Shown piece after piece: positions 1-9,456 of a stretch of 64,000 nt of DNA; within the stretch, counting starts at the first letter, position 1; each line of letters begins with the position of its first letter. Position numbers and translations under genes: made by a program. This stretch comes from an uncultured Chlamydiae bacterium (lineage in GTDB: Bacteria > Chlamydiota > Chlamydiia > Chlamydiales > JAJFMA01), in the NCBI GenBank assembly GCA_963790215.1, contig CAWBNS010000009.1, positions 330,953 through 394,952 of the forward strand, read 5' to 3'. The notes below the pieces were generated by a model. The model saw only the letters and a program-made list of their open reading frames with translations, had not been told where the DNA came from and did not search any database.

Positions 1-1
1 G

Positions 2-556
2 CCCAAAGGGAAATTAGTTCGTCTGGTCGAGCATTACGGCAATTGTCTGAGTCAATTGGAGCTGGAAGGCGAACTCGCTCACGAATTCGGGCATATCCAA
101 GCGCATCACTTGAATCCGACTAGGGGAAGGTTTCTGCAGTGGTTGCTAGGCGTGTTGTTTCAGGTGACAATCCCGATGTGTATTGGCGGCGTTGTAGCTT
201 TAATTAGCAGCTTCTTTTCCGATAGCCAGCATGCTATCCTTCCTTTAAGCTATGGTCTATGCGCGAGTCTAGTGACTCGTACCGCAATGAGTCCGCAGCT
301 TCTACGTCGCTCCATTCGTTATATTCGCAGAGTTTGGGAAAAAGAAGCGGATTCAATCGCTGCATCAGCTCCACGTTGTATTGAGGGCAATATTCTTCTC
401 TACAAAAAGGATATTCTTGTCGGCATCGTCAAAAAGGGTGGTATTGACCATATCCGCCACCAAGTCTTTCATGAACAGGCGCACTACCCCTCAGATGCTT
501 CTAGGTTGCAGTTCTTTCTGAATAAGCGGGCCCAGCAGCTCCCTTTCACGAGGTAG
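2..556 (+). CDS. M48/M56-like zinc metallopeptidase, C-terminal part (5' end outside window)
   Basis: The frame is open from nt 2, so the listed ORF 56..556 is only the first in-frame Met. Contains HEFGHIQAHH (HExxH..H), a hydrophobic segment, then WEKEADSIA (E..AD), as in M48/M56 peptidases. Confidence 0.5.
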   Translation, partial: PKGKLVRLVEHYGNCLSQLELEGELAHEFGHIQAHHLNPTRGRFLQWLLGVLFQVTIPMCIGGVVALISSFFSDSQHAILPLSYGLCASLVTRTAMSPQLLRRSIRYIRRVWEKEADSIAASAPRCIEGNILLYKKDILVGIVKKGGIDHIRHQVFHEQAHYPSDASRLQFFLNKRAQQLPFTR

Positions 557-597
557 AATCCGAGCTCGGGTTCTCAATGTGAGCGGATGTCCTTGTC

Positions 598-1455
598 CTA
601 AACCGGAATCAACCGCCGAAAATCGTCTGGAATCCCAGCTTTAAACGTAACCAACTCCCCCGACATGGGATGTGCGATAGTGAGTTCCAATGCGTGTAAA
701 AGGCATCTTCGCACATCTGGATGCAGCCTTTTGCGCGCATAATGCGTATCTCCAAGCAATGGATGCCCAAGCTCTAACATATGCACGCGAATTTGATGAG
801 TACGTCCCGTCTTTGGTCGGCATTCCATCAAGGCAATATCATGACCTGTCTTCAACACCTTCCACGCGGTCTCCGATAATTTACCTTTATGCCTATCTGT
901 AGGGCCATAAACTTTCTGTCCATGATACTCTTGAATCACTCCGAGATAACTCTGAATAATGCCATGCGTCTTTGCCGGAATTCCAGCAACAAGCGCAAGA
1001 TAAACCTTCGTCGGGACTCTTTCCCTAAACTGATTCTCAATGTATCTACGAGCCGCTGCAGTTTTGGCAAAAAGAATAACGCCACTGGTATCTCTGTCGA
1101 TTCTATGAACCATCTCCACAGCACCGTGCTTTTTTGAAATTAAACTTGCCAGCCCATTATCCCCATCAACAGCTATGCCAGGAGGCTTGTCATACACAAA
1201 CAACTCCTCATCTTCATAGATAATGCGCGTGGATTCAAATGCTATAGGAGCCTGCGAAACTTCCTCCATGATGAGAGAGACTTGATCTCCCACGCGCACA
1301 GGCGTAGAAGAAAACCGTTCCACCACGCCGTTGATATCGCATAGACTGTGTTCGATCATCAATTTGAGTTGGCGAACTGTGTAATCAGATCCCAGCTGAA
1401 TGTGCAGGAAAGCAGAGAGTCGCATTCCTGCATGCTCTGAGGCCACGGTCCACAT
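598..1455 (-). CDS. RluA-family 23S/tRNA pseudouridine synthase
   Basis: HRIDRDTSGVILFAK catalytic motif and an S4-like N-terminus. I start at the internal ATG at 1455, which overlaps the upstream stop as TAATG. The 316-aa track ORF would overlap the transporter by 94 nt. Confidence 0.85.
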   Translation of the reverse strand: MWTVASEHAGMRLSAFLHIQLGSDYTVRQLKLMIEHSLCDINGVVERFSSTPVRVGDQVSLIMEEVSQAPIAFESTRIIYEDEELFVYDKPPGIAVDGDNGLASLISKKHGAVEMVHRIDRDTSGVILFAKTAAARRYIENQFRERVPTKVYLALVAGIPAKTHGIIQSYLGVIQEYHGQKVYGPTDRHKGKLSETAWKVLKTGHDIALMECRPKTGRTHQIRVHMLELGHPLLGDTHYARKRLHPDVRRCLLHALELTIAHPMSGELVTFKAGIPDDFRRLIPV

Positions 1456-2882
1456 TAGTACAACCCAAGCCAAGCCCACCAGTAGGGTCCAATACCCATC
1501 CAGATCACGATATAAACGACGCCCAACACCGCTCCAACGCCCCACCATTTTTTAAGATCGACATATTTAGAGCTAAACATAACAGGCGCCTGGCCACTGC
1601 TGTAGTGCGTTAGCCCTCCGAAAAGTGCGCTCAAAAATCCTAAAGCCAGAGCTGCTAACATTGGAGGGGTCCCCACAGCAATGCTTACAGCCATAAATGG
1701 TGCATACATCGCGCTCACATGCGCTGTGATACTAGCAAAGAAATAGTGGCTATAGAAGTAGATCGCTCCCAATATCACCAACGCAAGATGCCAGGGATAA
1801 CCTTGTACCAATGTCACCACTGTAGCCCCAAACCACTGGATAAAACCTAAACCACTCAGCCCGCTAGCCATCATCACCAATACCGAAAACCAGACCAATG
1901 TGTCCCAGGCTATTTCCTCAGCTATGATATCCTTCCAAGTAAGTACATGAGACATCAGAAGAAGCGATACGCCTACCAGAGCGGCCACTGTAGGATTGAT
2001 CCCCAATTGCTGACCAAAAATCCACAACACCAAAAGAAGGATAAAACAACCCAGCATAATCCATTCACTTCGACGCATCGTTCCCATGGCAGCCAAACTC
2101 TCACTCGCATGCTGCTGTGCATACGACACATCTCGCATGGTAGGAGGACTAAGCAACCACACAACCAACGGAATAACCGCCAAAGTAATCAGCCCCGGTA
2201 GTATCGCCGCCTTAGCCCACACACCCCAGGTTAAGTCCACACCACTATCCAACGCAAGGCGAGCCACAACAGGATTCGCCGCCATCGCCGTCAAAAACAT
2301 CCCACTAGACACAACTGTTCCATGAAAAGTAGTGAGCGTGAGAAAGGTCGCTATCTTATTCGAGGTACCATCTTCAGGCTTGCTACCCAATGCCGAACAA
2401 ACAGAACGAAGTATGGGCATCAACACTCCCCCTGCACGCGCAGTACTGCTAGGAATCACCGGTGCAGTGATAAGGTCGCTTAACAGAAATCCATACGACA
2501 AACCCATCGCATTACGCCCAAATACCTGCAAAAACATATACGCAATGCGGCTCGCTAACCCCGTTTTGATAAATCCACGCGCTATAAAACACGCCAAAAC
2601 AATCAGCCAAATCTGCGAATTGGCAAAACCAGCAAAAAGCAGCTCCACAACACCATGAGGAGTCTTAGCCAATGGCGCCATTACCTCAGTAAGCCCCGTG
2701 ACCGTCAATCCAATGATAGCCACTGCACCCATCGGCAACGGCTTTAAGACTAGCCCAGAAATGGTCGCTACAAAAATCGCTAAAAGATGCCAAGCATTCT
2801 CATTCAACCCCTCTGGCGGCGGGGCAAACCAGATTCCAAAGCCGATAAGAAAGACCGTAATTAACGCTTTCCAATTAGTCAT
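1455..2882 (-). CDS. DASS-family (SLC13-like) dicarboxylate/anion transporter, 2-oxoglutarate/malate translocator type
   Basis: 475 aa and polytopic. The N-terminus NAWHLLAIFVATISGLVLKPLPMGAVAIIGL and overall hydrophobic pattern are typical of DASS/SodiT-like carriers. Confidence 0.8.
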   Translation of the reverse strand: MTNWKALITVFLIGFGIWFAPPPEGLNENAWHLLAIFVATISGLVLKPLPMGAVAIIGLTVTGLTEVMAPLAKTPHGVVELLFAGFANSQIWLIVLACFIARGFIKTGLASRIAYMFLQVFGRNAMGLSYGFLLSDLITAPVIPSSTARAGGVLMPILRSVCSALGSKPEDGTSNKIATFLTLTTFHGTVVSSGMFLTAMAANPVVARLALDSGVDLTWGVWAKAAILPGLITLAVIPLVVWLLSPPTMRDVSYAQQHASESLAAMGTMRRSEWIMLGCFILLLVLWIFGQQLGINPTVAALVGVSLLLMSHVLTWKDIIAEEIAWDTLVWFSVLVMMASGLSGLGFIQWFGATVVTLVQGYPWHLALVILGAIYFYSHYFFASITAHVSAMYAPFMAVSIAVGTPPMLAALALGFLSALFGGLTHYSSGQAPVMFSSKYVDLKKWWGVGAVLGVVYIVIWMGIGPYWWAWLGLY

Positions 2883-2938
2883 GATGATTGTTCTCTCTTT
2901 TCAATAGTTCAGTAGTTCAGTAATTAGAGTTCAAAAAT

Positions 2939-3227
2939 AACAGGATAGGCAGAATCGCAAGCCGCAAGATAGATAGGATTGTGCTGGGGCTACAACTATA
3001 GCAGAAACCAAGCTATGCTTCTTTTCAAACGCAAAGACGCAAAGACGCAAAGAAAGTGCTTTTAGTTTCATAGCTCTATGTCGAACCTGAGAGTTTGCTT
3101 TTCCTTGACGTTCTCTTCGCGTCTTTACGTCTTTGCGTTTAAAAAAAAGCATAACTTGGCTTCTGGAGGACTGTTGACTCATAATTATCCTGTCTACCCT
3201 GCCGCGTACGATCCTGCTTATCCTGTT
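2939..3227. repeat. Nested imperfect palindromic element (CAGGATAA-type outer arms, GCAAAGAC-heptad inner arms)
   Basis: Outer arms 2939-2980 and 3183-3227 are reverse complements. Inner arms aaacgcaaagacgcaaagacgcaaag (3027-3056) and cgcgtctttacgtctttgcgttt (3111-3140) are also complementary. Related to the element at 15725-16445. Confidence 0.8.
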
Positions 3228-3273
3228 GACGATTAAAATTATCTCGCCAGCTTAACCAATGGATTCACGAATC

Positions 3274-4302
3274 TCATTTCACCACTGAAAATTGCTGCAA
3301 AAAGCGCAGATTATTTTCGGTGAAAAGGCGAATATCACTGACGCCGAATTTGATATTAGCAATGCGTTCGACACCGAGTCCCCAGGCAAAACCAGAATAT
3401 TCTTCAGGATCAATTCCACCATTCTTGAGTACTTCAGGATGGATCATACCAGCACCTAGCACTTCCAACCAACCGGACTGTTTGCACAGGCCACAGCCTT
3501 TTCCTTGACAAAGAGAACAGCGAATGTCGACTTCCATTCCAGGCTCAACAAACGGGAAATAACTTGGACGATAGCGAATGGCCGTCTCCTTTCCAAATAT
3601 CTTATGTAAGAAGCTCTCTAACGTACCCAACAGGTGAGTAAACGAAACTCCCTTGTCGATATAAAACGCCTCCAATTGATGGAAGAACACGTGAGAGCGT
3701 GCTGTTACAGCTTCGTTGCGATACACTTTTCCCGGTGCAACAATCCGGATTGGAGGCTTGGTCATTTCCATCACACGCACCTGCACGTTGCTGGTATGCG
3801 TACGTAAGAGAACGTCATCACTGACGAAAAAAGTGTCTTGCATATCGCGCGCAGGATGGTCTGCAGCAAAATTTAAAGCTTCAAAATTATAATAATCGGT
3901 TTCAATATCCGGCCCATACTGAACGGAAAAACCAAGTTCGACAAGAGTGTCGAGCATCGTATCCAACATATGGGTAATGAGATGCTTGTTACCGCGATTA
4001 GACCGACGGCCAGGAAGCGTGACGTCTAACGTCTCCTCAACAAGCCTACCACCTAACTCCTGCTGGTAAAAACGCTCTTCAGCCTCTTCACAACTACTTG
4101 TAAGGGCTACTTTTAGATCATTGATCTGCTTCCCCAAAAGCGGCCGCTCTTCTGCTGTAGCTTCTTTGAGGCTTTGCATCGCCTGCTGAATAGGACCTTT
4201 TCGTCCAAGATATTTAACCTTGAGTGCCTCGATATCGACTGAGGACTTCGCTTGCGAAAGGTCTTGTTGAAATGCATTACTGATTTCGTCGATGCGCTGC
4301 AT
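3274..4302 (-). CDS. pheS: Phenylalanine--tRNA ligase alpha subunit
   Basis: 342 aa with FNFEALNFAADHPARDMQDTF and class-II motifs. Lies downstream of rplT as in the conserved operon. Confidence 0.95.
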   Translation of the reverse strand: MQRIDEISNAFQQDLSQAKSSVDIEALKVKYLGRKGPIQQAMQSLKEATAEERPLLGKQINDLKVALTSSCEEAEERFYQQELGGRLVEETLDVTLPGRRSNRGNKHLITHMLDTMLDTLVELGFSVQYGPDIETDYYNFEALNFAADHPARDMQDTFFVSDDVLLRTHTSNVQVRVMEMTKPPIRIVAPGKVYRNEAVTARSHVFFHQLEAFYIDKGVSFTHLLGTLESFLHKIFGKETAIRYRPSYFPFVEPGMEVDIRCSLCQGKGCGLCKQSGWLEVLGAGMIHPEVLKNGGIDPEEYSGFAWGLGVERIANIKFGVSDIRLFTENNLRFLQQFSVVK

Positions 4303-4330
4303 GATCCCTTCAAAATCGGTGACGGTTGGA

Positions 4331-4435
4331 AATAAGAAGCCAGGAATCAGGGATCAGGAGCCTGAAGTCCAGAGGATAGGTTGTTCCTTCTTCTTCACTT
4401 CTGGCTACTGACGTCTAATTCCCGGCTTCTTTATT
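4331..4435. repeat. Intergenic imperfect inverted repeat between pheS and rplT
   Basis: aataagaagccaggaat (4331-4347) pairs with attcccggcttctttatt (4418-4435). The right arm overlaps the rplT stop. Confidence 0.5.
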
Positions 4436-4790
4436 AGGCCAGCGCTTCTCTTGCGCATCCGACCACAGAGGCAAAGCTTTGTGGGTCGCGAACAGCCATA
4501 TCGGCCAACATCTTACGATTCAACTCGCAGCCTGCTAAACGCAGTCCGTGAATGAGCTTGCTGTAAGACATACCGTTGATCTTGCTTGCCACACCAATGC
4601 GCATAATCCAGAGTTTGCGGAAATTCCGTTTATTCTGCTTGCGATGGATGTAATTAAAGGCCATTGCCTTCATCACAGCATCTTTAGTGAGACGCAAGTG
4701 GTTTTTGCGGTCCCCTACAAAGCCTTTAGCTTTTTTAAAGAGACGCTTTCTACGGCGCCGTGATGCTACTGAGCTGGTTGCTCTTACCAT
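4434..4790 (-). CDS. rplT: 50S ribosomal protein L20
   Basis: 118 aa. RRRRKRLFKKAKGF...IHRKQNKRNFRKLWI is typical L20. Confidence 0.97.
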   Translation of the reverse strand: MVRATSSVASRRRRKRLFKKAKGFVGDRKNHLRLTKDAVMKAMAFNYIHRKQNKRNFRKLWIMRIGVASKINGMSYSKLIHGLRLAGCELNRKMLADMAVRDPQSFASVVGCAREALA

Positions 4791-4823
4791 TGATAGTTTC
4801 TCCTAGTCTTCCTTCAGCCAATC

Positions 4824-5018
4824 CTAAACGCACATCATCATTTTGTACTTATCTACAATAGTGTCAGGCACAAGGGCGCTTTTTCCAAGATGACGTTTAA
4901 GTTTGCCGGTTTTACCAGTTAATAGGTGTCGTTTTCCAGGCTTTCGACGCAATAGTTTTCCTGTTGCGGTCACCTTGAATTTTGCTGCTACAGCTTTACG
5001 CGTTTTCATTTTAGGCAC
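4824..5018 (-). CDS. rpmI: 50S ribosomal protein L35
   Basis: 64 aa with (M)PKMKTRKAVAAKFKVTATGK. GTG start with AGGAG 8 nt upstream. Confidence 0.95.
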   Translation of the reverse strand: MPKMKTRKAVAAKFKVTATGKLLRRKPGKRHLLTGKTGKLKRHLGKSALVPDTIVDKYKMMMCV

Positions 5019-5117
5019 GATTTTGTCTCCTAAGTCTTAAGCTCGTCGAGCACAGTGCAATCATGCCACGACTGTTAATTGTTTGCAAGCGCTGAATGGT
5101 CACACTCGTCACTTTTC

Positions 5118-5654
5118 CTACTTCTTCTTTTTGGGCCCTGGCGCCATAATGAGCGTCATGGTTTTTCCCATGAGGATGGAGGGTGCTTCCACCGTTCCGA
5201 CATCTTCTAGGGCTTGTACCAGGGATTGAATGACCTTTTCGCCGTGTTCCGGATGGGCTCTTTCGCGTCCGCGGAACGTACAAGTCACCTTCACTTTATT
5301 GCCTTTTACGAGAAAATCTCTCGCGTGGCGAGTTTTGGTCTCTAGGTCGTGGGTATCGATATTGGGCTTAACTTTGACCTCTTTGACCTTGATAACGTGC
5401 TGGGCTTTTTTGCTTTCTTTCTCTCGTTTTGTCTGGTCATACCGGAATTTACCGTAATCTATGATTTTGCAGACGGGAGGTTGGACGGAGGGTGCAATCT
5501 CAACGAGGTCGAGACCTTCACGTGCGGCGAGCTGAAGAGCTTCTTCGATCGTGATGACACCAATTTGTTCTCCGGTTGAACTGATCACCCGCACTTGTGG
5601 GGCTCTAATTTGCTTGTTAACTCTCAATCGTTTTTCCTCAGGGTTTGCGTTTAT
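5118..5654 (-). CDS. infC: Translation initiation factor IF-3 (non-ATG start; exact start uncertain)
   Basis: Contains RVNKQIRAPQVRVISSTGEQIGV...KVKEVKVKPNIDTHD. The track ORF extends 65 codons into the upstream gene. I place the start at the ATA/Ile codon at 5654, giving about 178 aa, because IF-3 typically uses AUU/AUA. Confidence 0.8.
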   Translation of the reverse strand: MNANPEEKRLRVNKQIRAPQVRVISSTGEQIGVITIEEALQLAAREGLDLVEIAPSVQPPVCKIIDYGKFRYDQTKREKESKKAQHVIKVKEVKVKPNIDTHDLETKTRHARDFLVKGNKVKVTCTFRGRERAHPEHGEKVIQSLVQALEDVGTVEAPSILMGKTMTLIMAPGPKKKK

Positions 5655-7215
5655 GGGTGGTTTTGCGCTGTCCGGACTCCTCCTGGACTTGTTGGATAAA
5701 TTCGGTGAGACCAACACGGTGTGTAACGGTCCCTGAACACGAATCTCGCACTGTAACGCAACCTTCCCGTTCTTCTTGATCTCCGACAACCAGTATATAG
5801 GGTATGCGGGCATTTTCTGCGGCAAACACTCTGGCAGACAGGGTGTCACGACGTAGATCTGTCCCTACTCTAAGTCGGTGATCGGCAACAGTATTACGTA
5901 CTTGCTCACAGTAGTCAATATGCCTTTCTGTGAGAGGGATGATGCGCACCTGTTCTGGGGCAAGCCAGAGAGGGAGTGCTCCTGCAAAATGTTCGATCAG
6001 CAGTGCTGCAAATCTTTCTATCGAGGTGAACAGCGAAGCAGAGAGTTGTACTGGAGTTCGCAATTCCCCGTCAGCAGCTTGAAATCGGAGATGCTGTTCT
6101 TTTGGCAACGTCTGGTGCAGCGTTAGTTGCGGCCCTACCCAAACACGCCCTAAAGCGTCTTCAATATGGAACTCAACGCTCGTTTTATTAGTCGAGAGCG
6201 ATGGTATTTGCATGTACTCAAGACCTGTCTGTTGCAACGCTTCCAAAACCCATCTATGGGTGCCGAAGACATGAATTTCATAGACCAAACCGAATTGCTG
6301 AACCGTCTTCACAAGCAGCTCTAGAAGCAGTTGAAGCTCAAACAAAACTTGATCCGAGCGGCAAAAAACACTGAGAGCATCGCCATGGAAGACGTTTGTT
6401 TGTAATAGACCGCACAAATGAATATCGGGTTCTTCGACCTTGACAACCTCGCAATAACGCTGAGGAAGATCACTGTACGAATGCCATGTCGCCGCGTAGA
6501 TTCTGGCATGCGCTAGCGCGAAATCATCTCGAGTAACGTAAGAAACAGCTTGAAAATGCCGTTGCTTAACTTCCATTTCCCACCAGCGCAAAAGCTCGCG
6601 ACGGATGATCGCCCCCTTTGGAAGCCAAAACCATTCGCCTTGGTGCAGACCAAAAAGCTGCATTTCTTGCACGAGTAAACAATGATCGCGCGTCTTTGCC
6701 AATTCGCTTCGCTTGAGAAACTGCTTTAGCTCTTTGCGATCGGTAAAAGCTGTTCCACATATAGTCGAGAGGCCGGTTTCACTGTTATGCTCGATAGACA
6801 ACAACTTGATCGCGCCAATGAGAGATACATCCAATTCATGAGGTGTATCACAAGGGAAAAGCAAATCTCCCATGCGAATGACTGGAATGAGTTCCGGCCC
6901 TTGAGCGCGCAGCTCATCAGCGAGAATCGTCTGTTGACGATCTTCAAAATACTCTGCAACGTTATTTGCAAGGGTTTCCACACTTTCGATGTGCGGATGC
7001 TTACGAATAATCGCCACCATCTGCTGCTCGATTTCTGGTAGCAGCCCTTCCGGTAGCGGAACATCAAGAAAAAACGTAACCGTAAAACTTACGCCATCCG
7101 TGAGCACTTCGAGAGGCTGAATACGGGAAAAAAGCTTTTGCAAAGCTGAAATAAGAACGACGCCCGCTGTGTGGCGTATTCCTTTAAGTAAAGAAGACGA
7201 TTGTTTAAGACCCAT
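5638..7215 (-). CDS. Threonyl-tRNA synthetase-like protein lacking the TGS domain and catalytic/zinc signatures (probable pseudo-synthetase)
   Basis: 525 aa. ThrRS-like blocks RDH..., FWLPKG, SYSDLP, SIERFAALLIEHFAGALPLWLAP and IPYILVVGD are present. The NCPGH, HRNE, DDAH and IHRA signatures are substituted (see finding). Confidence 0.8.
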   Translation of the reverse strand: MGLKQSSSLLKGIRHTAGVVLISALQKLFSRIQPLEVLTDGVSFTVTFFLDVPLPEGLLPEIEQQMVAIIRKHPHIESVETLANNVAEYFEDRQQTILADELRAQGPELIPVIRMGDLLFPCDTPHELDVSLIGAIKLLSIEHNSETGLSTICGTAFTDRKELKQFLKRSELAKTRDHCLLVQEMQLFGLHQGEWFWLPKGAIIRRELLRWWEMEVKQRHFQAVSYVTRDDFALAHARIYAATWHSYSDLPQRYCEVVKVEEPDIHLCGLLQTNVFHGDALSVFCRSDQVLFELQLLLELLVKTVQQFGLVYEIHVFGTHRWVLEALQQTGLEYMQIPSLSTNKTSVEFHIEDALGRVWVGPQLTLHQTLPKEQHLRFQAADGELRTPVQLSASLFTSIERFAALLIEHFAGALPLWLAPEQVRIIPLTERHIDYCEQVRNTVADHRLRVGTDLRRDTLSARVFAAENARIPYILVVGDQEEREGCVTVRDSCSGTVTHRVGLTEFIQQVQEESGQRKTTHKRKP

Positions 7216-7234
7216 TGCCTCACATGAAGAGGAA

Positions 7235-7308
7235 TGGGATATAGCTGACTCGAACAGCTGACCTCCACGATGTCAACGTGGCGCTCTAACCAACTGAGCT
7301 AATACCCC
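7235..7308 (-). tRNA. tRNA-Val (anticodon GAC)
   Basis: Hand-folded cloverleaf. Acceptor GGGGTAT/ATATCCC with one G-U, D arm GCTC/GAGC, anticodon arm CCACG-TTGACAT-CGTGG, T arm AGCTG-TTCGAGT-CAGCT, discriminator A. CCA is not encoded. Confidence 0.93.
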
Positions 7309-7390
7309 GTTTTAACAAGGGTAAAGCATAAGACTTTTGCATCATTTGATGCAAGGAGGAAAATTCCATTCGTTCCGAAGAAAAATGAGA

Positions 7391-7466
7391 TTCGTGCCCG
7401 TGTGCGTGCCCGTGCCCGGCCAAATTAAAAATCGGGCAAGGGCACGCACACGGGCACGGGCACGAA
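7391..7466. repeat. GC-rich (GTGCCC)n hairpin element, copy 1
   Basis: ttcgtgcccgtgtgcgtgcccgtgcccg, a 14-nt AT loop, then cgggcaagggcacgcacacgggcacgggcacgaa. Same family as 39116, 43366 and 61712. Confidence 0.85.
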
Positions 7467-7551
7467 TTTCCATTCCCCAAGCCAGTCACCTTTTACCCTT
7501 TCCATAAAACTATTTGAAATACATAGTTGGGATTTTTCCTTAGGAGGTTCT

Positions 7552-9456
7552 ATGGGCGTTAAGGAGGCTGGCAGGCAAACACATTTCGGTGATATTTATC
7601 GCGTGCGTGCGTGGGGAAATCCTTACATAGAGGTCAATGATGCTGGTCATGTGATTGTGCGCGGTCAACCTAAAGGAAAAACGGGTGATTTGTATGAACT
7701 GGTTCGGTCGCTTGTGCAACGAGGAATCGAACCACCTATTCTCATCCGTTTTGATGACATCCTTCGAGACTGCGTCCGGGTCATTCAACGTGCTTTCGAC
7801 GCAGCCATCAACGAGTTTCGTTATGGAAATACATTTCGCTTGGCCTATCCAATAAAAGTAAATCAGCAGCGTAGCATTGTAGGGGTAATTCAAGCAGCAG
7901 GGTCTGGAAGTTTGCTCGGCTTGGAAGTTGGCAGCAAGCCTGAACTAATCGCCGTCTTAGCCATCCATGACAACCCAGGAGCCTTGCTCCTTTGTAATGG
8001 ATATAAGGACGAAGAGTACATCGAGCTTGCCCTCTTAGCGACAAAAGTCGGACGACGCTCCATTATCATCATCGAACAGTTCTATGAGTTGCAGCTGGTT
8101 CTTGAAATTGCCGAACGGTTAAAAATTGAAGCAGAAATTGGCTTTCGCATGCGACCGTTTAACAAAGGCAGTGGCCACTGGAGTACATCTGGAGGCGATC
8201 TGGCCAAATTCGGCCTAAGCTCTCATGAAATCATCAAATGCATTGAGATCCTAAAAACTGTAAACAAGACCTCTTGGGCTAAACTGCTTCATTTTCATTT
8301 AGGCAGCCAGATTCCCTCTATTGCTTCGATCAAGAAAGTGCTGAGCGAAGCCGCGCGTATGTACGTAGAAGTCGCCAAACAGTGTGAGGAGATGTGCTTT
8401 TTCGATGTTGGTGGTGGCTTGGGAGTAGACTATGATGGGACCCGATCCAATTCCGATTCGTCACGTGATTATACCGTCGAGGAATATGCCAGAGACGTTG
8501 TTTCAGCTATCGGCGAAGAGTGTGAGAAAGAGGAAATTCCTCCTCCCGTGCTCATTACTGAATCGGGAAGAGCGATCGTCGCTCAGCACTCCGTTCTTAT
8601 TACTGAGGTGATTGACATAGCTTCAGCACGCACGCACCTTGAGGCTCTATCCCCACCGCCCAGCGAGCATGATCTGTTAAATTCTCTCTACAACATCTTT
8701 CAAACCGTCACACCAGACAACTGTCACGAAGCGTTGCATGATGCACAGCAACTTAAAGAGCTGATTTTCGAATCGTTTGTCCACGGCATCTTGTCACTCA
8801 AAGAACGCGCTTACGCAGAAGAAGCCTACAAATCTCTCATCGCCAAAATACGTGAAGCATCTCGGCAACTTAGCGAAGTCCCTGATGAAATCAAAGAGTT
8901 AGATAAACTTCTGGTCGATCTGTACTTTTGCAATTTTTCCGTATTCCAATCGCTGCCCGATTGCTGGGCAATCAATCAAATCTTTCCCGTCATGCCCATT
9001 CATCGCCTCCTTGAAGAACCTAATCGCCGAGGAGTCATCGCAGATTTAACCTGTGACAGCGATGGTAAAATCGATCAATTTGTACAACGACCAGGCCTCA
9101 CAAGCTACCTTAGACTGCACGAACAAAATGGTAGAGAACCCTACTACCTCGGAATTTTTCTCGTCGGAGCCTATCAGGAAACCTTAGGCGCCCTTCACAA
9201 CCTCTTCGGTGATGCAAACGCCGTTCACGTAGAACTCGACTCGGAAGGCCATTGGCAAATCAATAACGTCATCGAAGGCAACACCGTGAAAGAAGTGCTC
9301 GAATATGTCGAATACAACGCACAAGAGCTCATCGAACGCCTACGCATCGCCATCGAAATCTCCTTAAAGCAAGGTCGACTCACTACGGAAGAATCCGCTA
9401 AGTTACAAAAAAAGTTCCGAGAAGCACTCGAAAGCTATACCTACTTGGTGGTCTGA
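7552..9456 (+). CDS. speA: Biosynthetic arginine decarboxylase
   Basis: 634 aa with YPIKVNQQRSIV, the PLP-fold pattern and SpeA-typical length. Confidence 0.93.
   Translation: MGVKEAGRQTHFGDIYRVRAWGNPYIEVNDAGHVIVRGQPKGKTGDLYELVRSLVQRGIEPPILIRFDDILRDCVRVIQRAFDAAINEFRYGNTFRLAYPIKVNQQRSIVGVIQAAGSGSLLGLEVGSKPELIAVLAIHDNPGALLLCNGYKDEEYIELALLATKVGRRSIIIIEQFYELQLVLEIAERLKIEAEIGFRMRPFNKGSGHWSTSGGDLAKFGLSSHEIIKCIEILKTVNKTSWAKLLHFHLGSQIPSIASIKKVLSEAARMYVEVAKQCEEMCFFDVGGGLGVDYDGTRSNSDSSRDYTVEEYARDVVSAIGEECEKEEIPPPVLITESGRAIVAQHSVLITEVIDIASARTHLEALSPPPSEHDLLNSLYNIFQTVTPDNCHEALHDAQQLKELIFESFVHGILSLKERAYAEEAYKSLIAKIREASRQLSEVPDEIKELDKLLVDLYFCNFSVFQSLPDCWAINQIFPVMPIHRLLEEPNRRGVIADLTCDSDGKIDQFVQRPGLTSYLRLHEQNGREPYYLGIFLVGAYQETLGALHNLFGDANAVHVELDSEGHWQINNVIEGNTVKEVLEYVEYNAQELIERLRIAIEISLKQGRLTTEESAKLQKKFREALESYTYLVV

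Noticed and set aside
2931-3182. 83-aa ORF, and similar ORFs at 15783..16070, 15877..16080 and 16195..16377.
   Set aside because: They lie entirely within nested inverted repeats. Their composition is driven by the GCAAAGA/CAGGATA repeats, and mirror ORFs occur on the opposite strand.
5655-5849. N-terminal 65-codon extension of infC given by the ORF track. The same kind of extension occurs for the RluA-family gene (1456..1548) and purA (59822..59914).
   Set aside because: The extensions lie inside the upstream genes. Internal starts give canonical protein lengths and N-termini and create typical coupled stop/start overlaps (TAATG).
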